A stretch of DNA of 64,000 bases from Eledone cirrhosa (GCA_964016885.1 OZ024742.1:277016001-277080000), one strand, 5' to 3'; shown: positions 24,963 to 39,938, numbered from the stretch's first letter. Notes: generated by a model not told the origin, from the letters alone. Translations and numbers: made by a program.

Positions 24963-27017
24963 ACGTAACATATATCACGCAACCCCCACCTAGACTATAG
25001 CTCCCCCTCAACCCGTAACCCAGATAGATAGGTACCCTAAGGGTGGAACAGTCCCCTACAAGGTTGGTGTTTTTGCGTGTGTGTGTATGTGTGTGTGTGT
25101 GTATTCTCCTTTTCTCTCTCTCTCTCTCACACACACAGCCATATGTATATGTGTGTGCGTACGTGTGTGCATGCATGCATTGTATACATGTATATTGTGT
25201 ATATATATATATATATATATATGTATATTGTATGCATGTGTATTATATTGTGTGTATGTGTATATGTGATATGTATATATGTATGTATGCGTATGTGTGT
25301 GTATGTGTATGTGTGTGTGTATGATGTGTGTATATATGTGTATATGTATGTATATTTTTTCTGTAGAAATCTTCTCTATATGTGGTGTTTGGCATGAATT
25401 CCTCCTATAATACTCTTCTTTGAGAGGAGCACGATATGGAGAGTAACACATATGTATTGTCGAAGTTGAAACTGAGAACCACCACCCCTCCTGCTGACCC
25501 AAATGTTTACTGAGGACCAGAACACCATTCTCCGCAATATAAGAGAGGAATGCGCTGGCCGGACTATTGATGACCATAACATCACTTTCCAAGGTAATAG
25601 CAAAACACTGAATGCTATACACGACCAGAACACCACAACATGCACATCGGAGCAACACAGATATAATGTCAATAGGCGAATCAATTGAATTTTTTGAGTT
25701 GAAATACATATAGATATGTGTCTGTGTGTATCGGACACACGTACACATAAGGAAACTGCTGACCTAAATGTACCTGTCATGCCTGTCTGAATTCCTAAGA
25801 GAATTTTCGGTCAGTTACTATCTTGACCGATTAACCCCACAATTACTACGTAGCGGTTCTTGCACGTGACTGCTGGACCCGGATGAAACGAAGACGAAGA
25901 ATTTCCTTGTGTACCGTTTTGTACCACAGATGCGATTTCACTCTGCCTCGTTAATGTTCTATCGACACCAAAGTTCTACGTTCGGGGCAATAGAATTGAA
26001 TCCAACCACCGACAACATAGTTGGATGACCGACAATCACACCAAACCGGAGTACTGTGATCCTTGTGATTTCGAGATATACAACCACTGACACTGTTACG
26101 AAGACCAGAAAACCATACTCCATAATATTGAACCAAGTGATTGATTTGTGCGACCAAAATAACACCACACACATATTGAACTAGGAATATTGGATCCTCC
26201 GTCAATGTCTGGGTGAGCAAAAATAGATTTCTATCTGCATTGGAATTTACGAACTTGTGCATCTGCTGTGGTGTCAAAAACAAACGCACATGACCGCACA
26301 GATAAACAATGGACTATGCCACGTGGCTTGAATCTGTAAGTGAATTGAAGGTTCTGTAACTCTGATATACAGATTATTTATTATTAAGATGTATAAACTT
26401 GACATAACTATTATCATCTTATATTCCCTCAACTAATCACATTTGATCATATTTCGCTATCCCGTTTTCTTCCCCCATAATTATAATATTTTTATTTGAA
26501 AAAGAATCGGTTTTTTTACATTGTGTTTTCCCCTTCAAATACTTGCTTATATTTCTTTATATATTTTTTTATATATATATTTTTTATCTTTATTCTTATT
26601 TTCACTTTTATCCTCCTTTATATTTTACCTTATTCTTACTTTTATACCTTATTATAGTGTAATCTTCCCCATGCCTTATTATACATTATTAATTATAGAT
26701 TATTATTATTACTCTTTTCCATTTCTAATTACCTCATGTACTTTCTCATCCGTTATATATATATATATTGTATGCCCTTTGTGTTTGTGTAGCCTCTGCA
26801 CACCCTCTGCACCCTACTATCGACGCCACCCCATCTATGGTTCAGCTAACCACTCGACTCCCGGGAATGAATATGACCGCAGCTAGTAAACAAGGACCCA
26901 CACCCCACCCTCCCGCACCAAAATTAGACTTATCGTCCCCTACTTTTGCTCTTTACTCTCTTTAATCTTTGTTCTTGAATGTTTGGTTGGTAGAGTCCAT
27001 AACACCAATCAAACCCC

Positions 27018-27077
27018 TTTTATAGCTCTGACGAATCCTACGGTAACGTAAGGAAGAAACATTGTAAGCCAATAAAA
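27018..27077 (+). ncRNA. Minimal type I hammerhead motif (H1 pLTR copy 2)
   Basis: Same as 22148-22207 but with GTAA in the stem II loop. Confidence 0.65.
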
Positions 27078-27144
27078 ATCTTTTGATGTTGTAGACGCTC
27101 TTGTGTTCTTTATCACATACATACATATATATATATATACATAC

Positions 27145-27177
<33 letters not shown>

Positions 27178-27179
27178 CA

Positions 27180-30100
27180 GAAATTTTTTTCCAGGATTCA
27201 TAGAAATTGCCTCTCTCTCTCGGCCCGCTAAAATCGCCTCTCACCCCCACCCTCTCTCTATCATATACGTCGCGCTCTCACTCCCTCTCACTCCCTGCCA
27301 ACCAAATATAAATAAGTCTGCTCCTCGCAAACTACCCCATACCCCTCCCTCCCGCGCCCACTCTCCACCTTATTATTTGGACCAATCACAAGTCAACGGC
27401 CTATGCTATCACTTCTGGTTGCTTTTCGATATGATGGATGAACTAGGGAATTTCTGGAGAGTCTGAAGAATCTGGACACCCGAAGACAATGCCAAAGATA
27501 ACGACAAATTCACTTCATGCTGCCGGACGAAAGGGCAAGCTGCCCCCCTTTTTATTTCGGCCGCGGATGACCAACATAACCCCAACCCCATCCACCTCAC
27601 CCCTCCCTTCACCCCACCCACCAAACGCAATCCAAAACTTCAGAGTTGGTACCATGAATGTAGGCACCTTAAAAGGCCGCTCTAACGAGGTTGTAGAAAT
27701 GCTTGAACGTAAGGAGGTTGATGTTTGCTGTATCCAAGAGACCAGGTGGAGGAGCGGGTCTGCTAGATTCATTGTGGGTAAAAAACGATGCTATAAGCTT
27801 TTCTGGGTGGCAAATGACAATGGGCTGGGTGGGGTAGGAATCATGTTAGCAGAAAAATGGGTGGATAATTGGAGGCACATGGCTTAGTGGTTAGAGCATT
27901 GGCCTTGCAATCGAAAGGTTGTGAGTTCAATTCTCAGACCGGGTGATGTGTTGTTTCCTTGAGCAAGACACTTTATTTCACATTGCTCCAGTTTACTCAG
28001 CTGTAGAAATGAGATGATAGGGACTGGTGTCCCTATCATTCCACTGTAAAGTGGTCGTGGAGGTGCCACGGCAAAAAAGCACCCAGCACTCACTGTAAAT
28101 GAGGTTGGTGTTAGGAAGGGCATCCAGCTGTAGAAATCAAGCCAGAATCAGTTCCCGTCTCACCCTTGCAAGCAGGGAAAAGCGGACGTAAAATGATGAT
28201 GATGATGATGATGAAATAGAGTAAACGACAGAATAATTAAAATAAGACTTGTTCTAAATAGAACTACTGTGACGATAATATCTGCGTACGCGCCCCAATC
28301 CGGACTGCCTGGCGCTATAAAAGACAGTTTCTATGAGACACTGATGCTCACTAGCTCCCAAATAACCGACAGTGACTATATAATTATTGCTGGCGACCTA
28401 AATGGTCACGTTGGACAACATTGTGACGGCTATGATGGAATCCACGGAAGCTATGGGTTTGGTACTAGAAATGAGGAAGGCTCCAGAATCCTGGAATTCT
28501 GTGACGCAAATAACCTAACTATCTGTAACACTAACTTCAAAAAACGAGACAATCACTTGATCACCTACAGATCAGGGGAACATACCAGCCAGGTAGATTA
28601 TATCCTTACCAGAAGATGTGACAGAGTGTCTGTTGTAAACACTAAATCCCGCCCCCATGAAGAATGCACCTCCCAACATAGACTGATAATTAGCGACCTC
28701 ATAGTCAGGACGAGACGTACTCGACAGCAGAAGAGGACTATCCTCAGGGGAAAAATATGGAAGCTAAAGGACCCCACAGCCAGAAATAAATTTCAAAGCA
28801 TATTACTTGATGCTTTCGACAGTAAGGATGAGCATTTAGAGTCGTACAATATAGAGGAACAGTGGGAATTCCTGAAAGCAAACCTGCTGATGGCAGCAGA
28901 GGAAGTCTGTGGCTGGAGAAGGCCTATAGGCAGGAGGAGAGTAACATGGTGGTGGAACAGTAAGGTGGAGGAGTCAATTAAGGCCAAAAAGCAGGCTTGG
29001 AAAGTATGGCGGGATGGGGGGAAGTAGAGAAGATTATCAATGGCCAGGAGGGAAGCTAGGAGACAAGTGTACTTCGCAAGAAGGGAAGCAGAGGAAAGAA
29101 AGTTCAAGCATGTTCTACAACGCGAGGACCAAAAACGTGAGGTGTTCAGGATTGCTAGGCAATGTGTCAAGGAAAACCGTGATATTGTCGGGGAGAAGTG
29201 TGTACTTAATGATGATGGTGTACTGGCCATCACTGACGCTGATAAGAAGGTAGCTTGGAAGTGTCACTACGAAAGGCTACTAAATGAGGAGAATAAATGG
29301 GAGAAAGACAGTCTCCCCCACATCGACCCAATAGAGCAACCAGCAGTGTTAGGCGAAGGTAGTATAATAAGTAAGGCAATCAAAGATATGAAGACGGGTA
29401 AGGCGGCTGGGCCTTCGGAAATAGTTGCTGAGATGCTGAAAGCCTCTGGAACGGTGGGACACACCATGGTCACCCGGATAGTAAACCAAGTCATACAGAA
29501 TGGGGTTGTTCCGAAGGACTGGCGTAGCAGCATCATCATTAACTGCTACAAGGGTAAAGGAGATGCCCTAGATAGGAGTAACTATAGAGGCATTAAATTA
29601 ATCGACCAGGTCATGAAGGTCACGGAAAAAGTAATAGCGCAACTAATCAGAGAGAGAATTGATCTAGATGAAATGCAGTTCGGGTTTGTGTCAGCCAAAA
29701 GTACCACAGACGCTCTTTTCATTGTACGACAACTACAGGAGAAGTACCTAGCTAAAAGTAAACCCCTATACTTAGCTTTTGTCGACTTGGAGAAAGCCTT
29801 CGACAGAGTCCCCCGTTCCATTATCTGGTGGGCTCTTAGAAAACTAGGTGTTGATGAATGGCTTGTGAGAGCTATACAAGCCATGTATAAAGAAACAGTC
29901 AGCAAGGTTAGAATTAACAACGAATATAGTGAAGAGTTTAGCGTAAAAGCTGGTGTTCATCAGGGCTCTGTTCTTAGCCACCTATTATTTATTATTGCCC
30001 TTCAGGCTATAACAGTGGAGTTCAAGACCGGCTGCCCATGGGAACTCCTATACGCAGATGATCTAACGCTCATAGCTGAATCAATGGCCGAGCTAGAAAA

Positions 30101-31387
30101 GAAATTCCAAACATGGAAGCACGGCCTAGAATCAAAAGGCCTTAAAATTAACCTGGCTAAGACTAAAGTTCTAGTTTGTAGGAAAGAAAATAAGGCGCCG
30201 GTCCCTTCCGGGAAATGGCCATGCTCAGTGTGTAGGAAAGGCGTAGGTAGAAACTCCATTTTATGTCCCAAATGCAAAGTATGGGTGCATAAAAGATGTA
30301 GTGGGATCACAGGTAAGCTAACTAAGAACATAGATTTTACATGTGGCCGGTGCTCTGGTGCAATAAGTAGCAGAAAGTGCCCACAAAATACTAGCTCTTT
30401 CAATTGCTCAGAGGGTTCTATAGAAATAGTGGACAGCTTCCATTACCTGGGTGACAAAATCAGCAGTGGGGGAGGGTGCTCTGAAAGTACAGTAGCTAGA
30501 GTCAGAACTGGATGGAAAAAGTTCAGAGAGCTTATACCACTATTAGCCGCTAAAGGGTTCTCCCTAAAAATGAAAGGCAGGTTGTATGATGCCTGCATAC
30601 GAACAGCAATGTTGCATGGCAGTGAGACCTGGGCTTTGTGTGCAGAGGATATACGCAGACTAGAGAGGAACGAAGCTTGCATGCTCCGCTGGATGTTTAA
30701 TAGTAATATACGTGAACGGCAAAGCATTAACGAAATAAGGGAAAAATTACAAATAAGAGGGATCAGATGTTGTTTACTCGAGAGAAGGCTACGTTGGTAT
30801 GGTCACGTGATGCGTATGAAAGACGACAGCTGTATAAAAAAGTGCAGGGCAATAAAGATAGATGGTAGCCACGGAGTAGGCAGACCCAGAAAAACCTGGG
30901 ACGACATGATAAATTCCGACCTCACACACTTACACCTCTCCAAGACAATGTCACTGGACCGAGATCTTTGGCGGTAGTCAGTAATAGAGAAGACCCGCCT
31001 TACCTAAATACAAAGTAAAACCTACTACAGTCAGTAGCACCTCTAACAAAAATACACCCCCGTCCCACCACCCCCACCCCATCCCTTTCAATGTAAAGTT
31101 ATGTTGGTACCACAATATCCAGTCCGAAACAAATGAGGTCGTGTAGGTGTCACGACAAAAAAAATACACAGTCCACGCTGTAATGTGGCCGTGTAGGTAA
31201 CACGGTAAAAACCTCTCAGTCCCACACTGTAAATGTGGTTGGTGTTAGGAAGGGCATCCAGCTGTAGAAAACCCGCCAGACAGTCCTATGTGAGCAAGAC
31301 AACCACTCTTGACTCAAGTGGGAAAACTCCCGTCCAAACCCATGCAAGCGTGGAATATGGACGTTAAACGATGATGATGATGATGAT
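27180..31387 (+). mobile_element. Near full-length RTE-A LINE (AP endonuclease, RT, PHD-like finger), disrupted
   Basis: ORF pieces 27489-, 28269-29027 and 29040-30977: GTMNVGTL, IQETRW, SAYAPQ, GDLNGHVG, LLYADD; 3' UTR and (GAT)n; SINE insertion and small indels. Confidence 0.92.
27870..28213 (+). mobile_element. tRNA-derived CORE-like SINE with RTE-derived tail
   Basis: A box TGGCTTAGTGG, B box GAGTTCAATTC, CCTTGAGCAAGACACTTTA...CTCAGCTGTAGAAATGAG, RTE 3' tail and (GAT)n; interrupts the RTE endonuclease. Confidence 0.85.
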
Positions 31388-31428
31388 ATATACATACATA
31401 TATATACATATACATATATATATGCATA

Positions 31429-31774
31429 TGGAGGGACATGGCTTAGTGGTTAAAGTATTGGCCTTGCAATCGAAAGGTTGTAAGTTCAATTCTCAGACCG
31501 GGTGATGTGTTGTTTTCCTTGAGCAAGACACTTTATTTCACATTGCTTCAGTTTACTCAGCTGTAGAAATGAGATGATAGGGACTGAGGTCCCTATCATT
31601 CCACTGCAAAGTGGTCGTGGAGGTGACACGGCAAAAGAGCACCTAGCACTCACTGTAAATGAGGTTGGTGTTAGGAAGGGCATCCAGCTGTAGAAATCAA
31701 GCCAGAATCAGTTCCCGTCCCACCCTTGCAAGCAGGGAAAAGCGGACGTAAAATGAAATGATGATGATGATGAT
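31429..31774 (+). mobile_element. Second copy of the CORE-like SINE
   Basis: Near-identical to 27870-28213. Confidence 0.85.
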
Positions 31775-33463
<1,689 letters not shown>

Positions 33464-33654
33464 TATGTAGATAAATCTACCAAGAGTTTACGGTAGTGTC
33501 CAATCCGTATGAAGAACTCAATGTATTCCGGATATCATGGAAAGAAGAGATGTAATGAAAATCCACTTTCGGTGAAAGATAAACGGTATACAGAGTCAAG
33601 ATAAAATATTAAACAAATAATGAACAAACAATTCCTTATATTAAACAAAAAAAG

Positions 33655-33809
33655 TTCACTATTTAACGATCGTTTCTAGGGCATATATGTGTTATAATTG
33701 GTATGCATATTTAACAGATCTATGTACAAAATTATACAAAATTATACAAATTATCAAGATTAAATATACATACCTAACTCATATATACGCCGTCTTCAGA
33801 AATAATGAA
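33655..33809 (-). ncRNA. Type I hammerhead motif with very long stem II
   Basis: ttcattattt-CTGAAGA-[~116 nt hairpin]-GAAA-CGATCG-TT-aaatagtgaa; 10-bp stem I. Confidence 0.7.
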
Positions 33810-34389
33810 GTATATTTATTGATAATAACAACAATTCAAAATGTCAGTTCAAAATTGACCAATGAAAACACAAAGGGTTAAAAGCAGTTTGGTGTGTGTA
33901 TATACATGCAAAAACCTTACACATATTTTACAATAATGTGTGTATAATTTGTATGTGTATACTAAAAAGATGGATGTAAACACAAAATTTCAAGGTTAAT
34001 ATCTCTGTAAGCTTAATGCGCTGATAAGATACGCAAAGATACTTATGGAGTCAAGCATATAAATATATTTTTTTTCATACTCACACATATCAGTATAATC
34101 ACACATACATATGCGTATATGCATAAATATACACATAACCACGAACATACAAACACACACACTCCCCCACTCACATTTATATATGTGGATATAAAATCAT
34201 AAGCAAATAGAAATTAAGTCACTCACATAAAAACACTGGTACACACATTTCAAGATCAAGATACAGAAATTAGGTGGGAGGGGGGGGGAGGGGTCAGTAT
34301 TAGATTGTCAGACCAGACAGCCTAAAATAAATGTATCTATAAATTAAGAAAAATAAAAAAATAAAAATAAAAACAATAAAATATAATAA

Positions 34390-34575
34390 ATGTACATACA
34401 CATACAGATATACATACACATACATACATGTACGCGCACATAGAGATATCTACACATACATACATACACACATACCTATACTGTCATACACACACATACA
34501 TTTACACGAACATACACATACACATATAAAAAGATATAAATACACACACACTCACGCGCAACACATACACACATA

Positions 34576-34618
<43 letters not shown>

Positions 34619-34636
34619 ACACACACACATAGACTC

Positions 34637-34668
<32 letters not shown>

Positions 34669-34846
34669 ATACAAACATATATATCCCCACACTCATACCA
34701 CCATAAATATACATACAAACACCCACATGTATATATATATATATATATATATATATCCACATACACACACGTACACATATATATATATATATACACATAT
34801 ATACACATACACACATATATATACACACACATAAAAAACAGACATG

Positions 34847-34877
<31 letters not shown>

Positions 34878-35137
34878 TTCATTACTCTTATATATACACA
34901 TAGTATATATACATACACAACCTCACTTATACACATATACACATAAGTTATATTACAATAATAATAAAGAATAATATATATATATATATATATACATATA
35001 TACACACATATACATATATACATATACATATATATATACACACACATACATACACATACATACATACACCTAAATATATACATACATAAATACACACATA
35101 CGAATAAAGACATATATTCACACATAGATACCCATAT

Positions 35138-35173
<36 letters not shown>

Positions 35174-35640
35174 ATATATATACACATACATACATACACA
35201 TATATACACATATATATACACATACACACACACACACACACACAGACACACATACACACTCACATATACATATATATATATATGTGTATGTGAGTGTGCG
35301 CAAATACATATATATATACACACACACATACAAACACACACAAACACATACATATGCATATATGCACACACACACACATATATCACATAGATACGAAGAT
35401 AAACATATAAATAGAGAGACATACGAATATATACAGAACCCATATACACATACATACAACCACGCATATACATATATATACATATATACACATACATATA
35501 TTCCTATATACAAGCATACACATACATACACATATATACATATACATACACATATACATACCACACATTCACATACACATACATATATAATACATATATA
35601 TACACATATATATACATACATATGTATGTACAATCATATA
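34390..35640. repeat. Degenerate (CA)/(TA) low-complexity tract in the H2 3' region
   Basis: Directly visible. Confidence 0.9.
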
Positions 35641-36966
35641 TACACACTCAATCTTACATTCATATTTACATGCTCATATATGTATTTTTATATTTAGAAA
35701 TAAATACCAAAACCTATATAGACACCCACCTACACATATATTCATACATATACTCTTACAAAAACAGATGATAATAGTATGGGGGAAAGGGGTGGTTTGG
35801 AGAAGGGGATCAAAGTAAATATATGTTTCAAGAAACATATAATATTTTCCGTATCTTAATTCAATGTATGTTCTTACATATTTTCAGTGCTAGGAAATAC
35901 GAAATCTATGCATCCCAAAACAAAAAAGTATACCATTAATCATATGTTAACTAAACCAAAGATAGTCAACACATTGATTTCCAAGGTGTAAATTAGTTAG
36001 GTTTATAATATTTGAAGCAAAATTATGAAGTCAAACAGTAGTAGATTATTAATTACATTATAACTAAATTAAAGTTAATAACGTTATGGTATCAATATTA
36101 GGAGATGAATTTAGTAATAGGGAAAAGAAACCCAAATAAAAATGAAATAAAGTATTACATCGGTAGTAGCATATAAATTATATGTTAACTAAATTAAAAA
36201 TTATATATTTATTTCAATAGTATACGTTAATTAGTATATGTTAATTAGGTATACAATACATAAAACAGATATTGTATTTCATCAATAGCATAATATAATT
36301 ATATGCAAATAAAAATCAAAATTAATACGCATACATATACATATACATACACATATACATATATATACATATACACACATATATATATATATATATATAC
36401 ATATATATACACATACATACATATATAGTCACATAAATATACATACAGATACACATACAATACACACATATACATATACATATAGATATACATATCTTTT
36501 TCAAAAAATTGCACAGAATATATTAACTAGGTATATATCCAAAACACATCCCATTCTATGATTACATGACATTCTGCAATTCGTCTGTACAAGGATACTA
36601 ATTTTAAGCAAATTAAAATTAAAGTTTTAGGTTGATTAAAACTAAAACCAAATAATAAATATATTTCCAAAATGTATATTAATTAGGTCTATAATACTAA
36701 AAATTCTTTCTCCGTCATAGGATACATGATATTATTTTGTTATATTTTATCTGTAAAAGAATTATAATAAAAAAAATTATAGTAAAAGGTTAAAATAAAA
36801 TAAAATTAATCTATAAATTAAATTACTGAGTATATATTAGTAATATTTAAAGGTTTTTCAAAATTTATGATTACATAATATTTTCTCATCTGTAATAAAA
36901 TATTAATTAAATTAAATTTATAGGTTAACCAACATTTAAATTAAATTAAATTCTAGAATAATGTTA

Positions 36967-39429
36967 TTAATTAGGTTTATAATATTTAAATGTTTTTTTT
37001 AGTTTATGATTACACGATATAATTAATTCCTGTCTTTTATTTAATAAGATATCCCTAGACTTCATTATTTCAAATAGTTCTTGGGAACATAATCTACATT
37101 CCTTTCTATTATTTTGATAAGGGGTGGCTCTTTTGAGCACACTCCAGGTCAAATCATATTTTATATTTTTATTTTTATAACTATTGATTTTTTCTGCTAG
37201 AGATGTTGTATTAGCCAGTGCGGCATTTTTAAAGCTATGTTTGTGGGTATTATACCTTGTCTTAAAATTGTTAGAGGTAGCTCCTATATATGAGCAAATA
37301 GAATCTTTAGTTTTAACATTACATTTATAGACTATGTTGTTAACAAGACAATTCCCTTTTAATGGGCAGTTTGTTTTGTTTCTACAGTTACATCCTTTCG
37401 TTAATTCTGTATTTGAGGAGATATTATTGTTAATTTGATGTACTGGTGGTATACTTATGGTTTTCTTACATTTATATGCATTATATGCACTTATATTTTG
37501 TTTTATGTTATTTGTTGTAGAGTATGAGAATTTAACTGTAGACCTATTTAAGATTTGATGGTATTTGTGGTTTGGCGGGAAGTTTTTCTCAAGGATATAA
37601 AAAAATTTTTTAGCAATATTATCCTTAACTTGTAAATTAAAAGGAGCATTATACCAAGTAACTCGTCTATTACGGTTTCTATGTTGTTTATTATTTTTAT
37701 TATTTTTATATGTTGTATCATGATTTTTACTAGGAGGATTAATGTTAATGATCTCACCACAACTATTTTTAGTTATATTTGTAGATTTAGGTGTTTTATC
37801 TTTTTTATTAGGAGTTTTATTATTAATATTTATTATAGTCGTATGATGAGTAGTTTTTTGAGGGTTACTATACTTTATATTAGAAGATTTAGTATTTTGG
37901 GGTATACTGTGGGTGGCATTTAGGTGTGTACTTTTCATTTGGTGTTTGTTGGTAATATTATGCTGTATGCTTTCAGTATTTTTAGTAGAAGGTATATACT
38001 CTAATCTATTTTTGTGGCCACTTCTATCTAGAGCTTCATTATAAAAGGTCGCATTTTTATCAAATACATCTTGGTTAGAAGAAAGGTTAGAAATTCTAAG
38101 TGATATATTATATGCAAGGTTTTTAAGGATAGATTTAGGGTGATTAGATTGTGAGTGTATGTAATGTAAGTTTTGGTTAGGTTTATGGTAAGGTTGGTAT
38201 ATACCCGTAGCTAAATCTAAAGTTATATCTAGGAAATTTACTACTTTACTTGTTTTTTCAAAAGTAATATTAAGATTATAATAGTCTTTAAGGAAAGTTC
38301 TAATATGCTTTTTGTTTTTTTCGATTTCTGAAAGGCTAAGGTTGTTAGAAAGAAGAAGACAGTCATCACGATATAAACCACCTTTGAGGTGGGGAAAAGA
38401 GGCATTTATGTTGAAAAGGAGAAAGAGGCCCACAAGATCAGTAATTTGGGCGGAATCGCTTGAACCCATAGTAATATCAAAAAGATTACTGTAAGTGTTT
38501 CTGGTCCAGTATTCATTCTGAAATTCAATAAGTGTTTGTCTAGCATGTGTAATAATGTTAATGTCATCCGAAGTTAAATTAGATCTATTTTTAGCAAATA
38601 TTAATGCTTTGTTCAGGAGTATGGGTGATATAGAAGAATAGTAATTATCTATATCAAATTGTAGGAAAGAAGCAGAAGATTTACACCTAATATTTTTAAA
38701 CCAATTAATTACCTGGGAGGTGTTTTCCCAGAGTGGTAAAATAACGTATTTTCTTATTTGTGGGATGACTCTATCTAAAATTTTTTTGCTAATTATTCCA
38801 ATATCTGATTTGGAGGGACATATAAGTCTAATAGAAGGATTAGAGTTAAAGTTAGATTTGTGATCTTTCAGGTTGAAGTGTGGACTTTTCAATGCCAAAG
38901 GTTCAGTTCTATCTTCAATATTTAGTTTTTTTACTATGTTGTGTGTTTTGTTGTTGATGTTGGTGAGTGACACATTATTAGATTTTTTATAATTTTTTCT
39001 GAGTTCTTTATATATGAACTCATTATAATGTTCAATATCCATATGATACAAGTTACCAGTTTTGTCCGAGTGGACATGGATTTTTTTAGACTTTTTTAGG
39101 TCCAATAGGGTAGAATCAAGGTCCTTTTGAAAGACGGATTTATACTTTTTAAATTTGAGGTGTTTAATTAAATTAAAAAGGTCTTTCTCGAAGTCTTCAA
39201 GTAAAAAGTTGTGTGGTGGATTCTTGTAAGTGTTGAAATCATACATATATTTCCGATCTGCTTGTATAGATTTTCTATCGAAGTGGTAGGCTCTCCATCT
39301 AACCCTTCTGATAAAATTATTAGTTTTCTGAATCATAAGGAGTAAGAAGTCGTCCTTAGAAGGTATTGGTATGTTTTTTAAGGAGGTTCCTAAATACTGT
39401 TTTTCCATTGTGATATGGATGATGGACAA
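36967..39429 (-). CDS. Intact Hydra-like PLE RT + GIY-YIG endonuclease (820 codons; first ATG at MEKQYL)
   Basis: SLKNIPIP, RRVRWRA, SDKTGN, FLQFDIDNYY, GGLYRDD, CNCRNKTNCPLKGNCL, IVYKC...YIGAT, CRLC; no stops. Confidence 0.93.
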   Translation of the reverse strand: MSIIHITMEKQYLGTSLKNIPIPSKDDFLLLMIQKTNNFIRRVRWRAYHFDRKSIQADRKYMYDFNTYKNPPHNFLLEDFEKDLFNLIKHLKFKKYKSVFQKDLDSTLLDLKKSKKIHVHSDKTGNLYHMDIEHYNEFIYKELRKNYKKSNNVSLTNINNKTHNIVKKLNIEDRTEPLALKSPHFNLKDHKSNFNSNPSIRLICPSKSDIGIISKKILDRVIPQIRKYVILPLWENTSQVINWFKNIRCKSSASFLQFDIDNYYSSISPILLNKALIFAKNRSNLTSDDINIITHARQTLIEFQNEYWTRNTYSNLFDITMGSSDSAQITDLVGLFLLFNINASFPHLKGGLYRDDCLLLSNNLSLSEIEKNKKHIRTFLKDYYNLNITFEKTSKVVNFLDITLDLATGIYQPYHKPNQNLHYIHSQSNHPKSILKNLAYNISLRISNLSSNQDVFDKNATFYNEALDRSGHKNRLEYIPSTKNTESIQHNITNKHQMKSTHLNATHSIPQNTKSSNIKYSNPQKTTHHTTIININNKTPNKKDKTPKSTNITKNSCGEIININPPSKNHDTTYKNNKNNKQHRNRNRRVTWYNAPFNLQVKDNIAKKFFYILEKNFPPNHKYHQILNRSTVKFSYSTTNNIKQNISAYNAYKCKKTISIPPVHQINNNISSNTELTKGCNCRNKTNCPLKGNCLVNNIVYKCNVKTKDSICSYIGATSNNFKTRYNTHKHSFKNAALANTTSLAEKINSYKNKNIKYDLTWSVLKRATPYQNNRKECRLCSQELFEIMKSRDILLNKRQELIISCNHKLKKTFKYYKPN

Positions 39430-39938
39430 TTGAAAGAGCTCAACTAAATGTATATGGGTTTACAAAATCATACATATATATATATGTTTATACATAAATA
39501 TAAAATTAATACACACATACAGTACAAAAATACGAATATTTCCGTGAAAATAGGAGCAAAATTATGTAGATAAATCTACCAAGAGTTTACGGTAGTGTCC
39601 AATCCGTGGTTATGTGTATATTTATGCATATACGCATATGTATGTGTGATTATACTGATATGTGTGAGTATGAAAAAAAATATATTTATATGCTTGACTC
39701 CATAAGTATCTTTGCGTATCTTATCAGCGCATTAAGCTTACAGAGATATTAACCTTGAAATTTTGTGTTTACATCCATCTTTTTAGTATACACATACAAA
39801 TTATACACACATTATTGTAAAATATGTGTAAGGTTTTTGCATGTATATACACACACCAAACTGCTTTTAACCCTTTGTGTTTTCATTGGTCAATTTTGAA
39901 CTGACATTTTGAATTGTTGTTATTATCAATAAATATAC

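Larger units (their letters stand above)
21383..27115 (+). mobile_element. Near full-length Penelope-like element, Hydra-like clade (family H1), with direct pLTRs 21383-22245 and 26443-27115
   Basis: Near-identical direct repeats flank an RT-GIY-YIG ORF; hammerhead motif in both pLTRs; inserted in (TA)n. Confidence 0.9.

Noticed and set aside
27870-27950. tRNA gene (also 31429, 8508, 21664, 3935)
   Set aside because: A/B boxes without a complete cloverleaf, followed by SINE body and tail or degenerate sequence.
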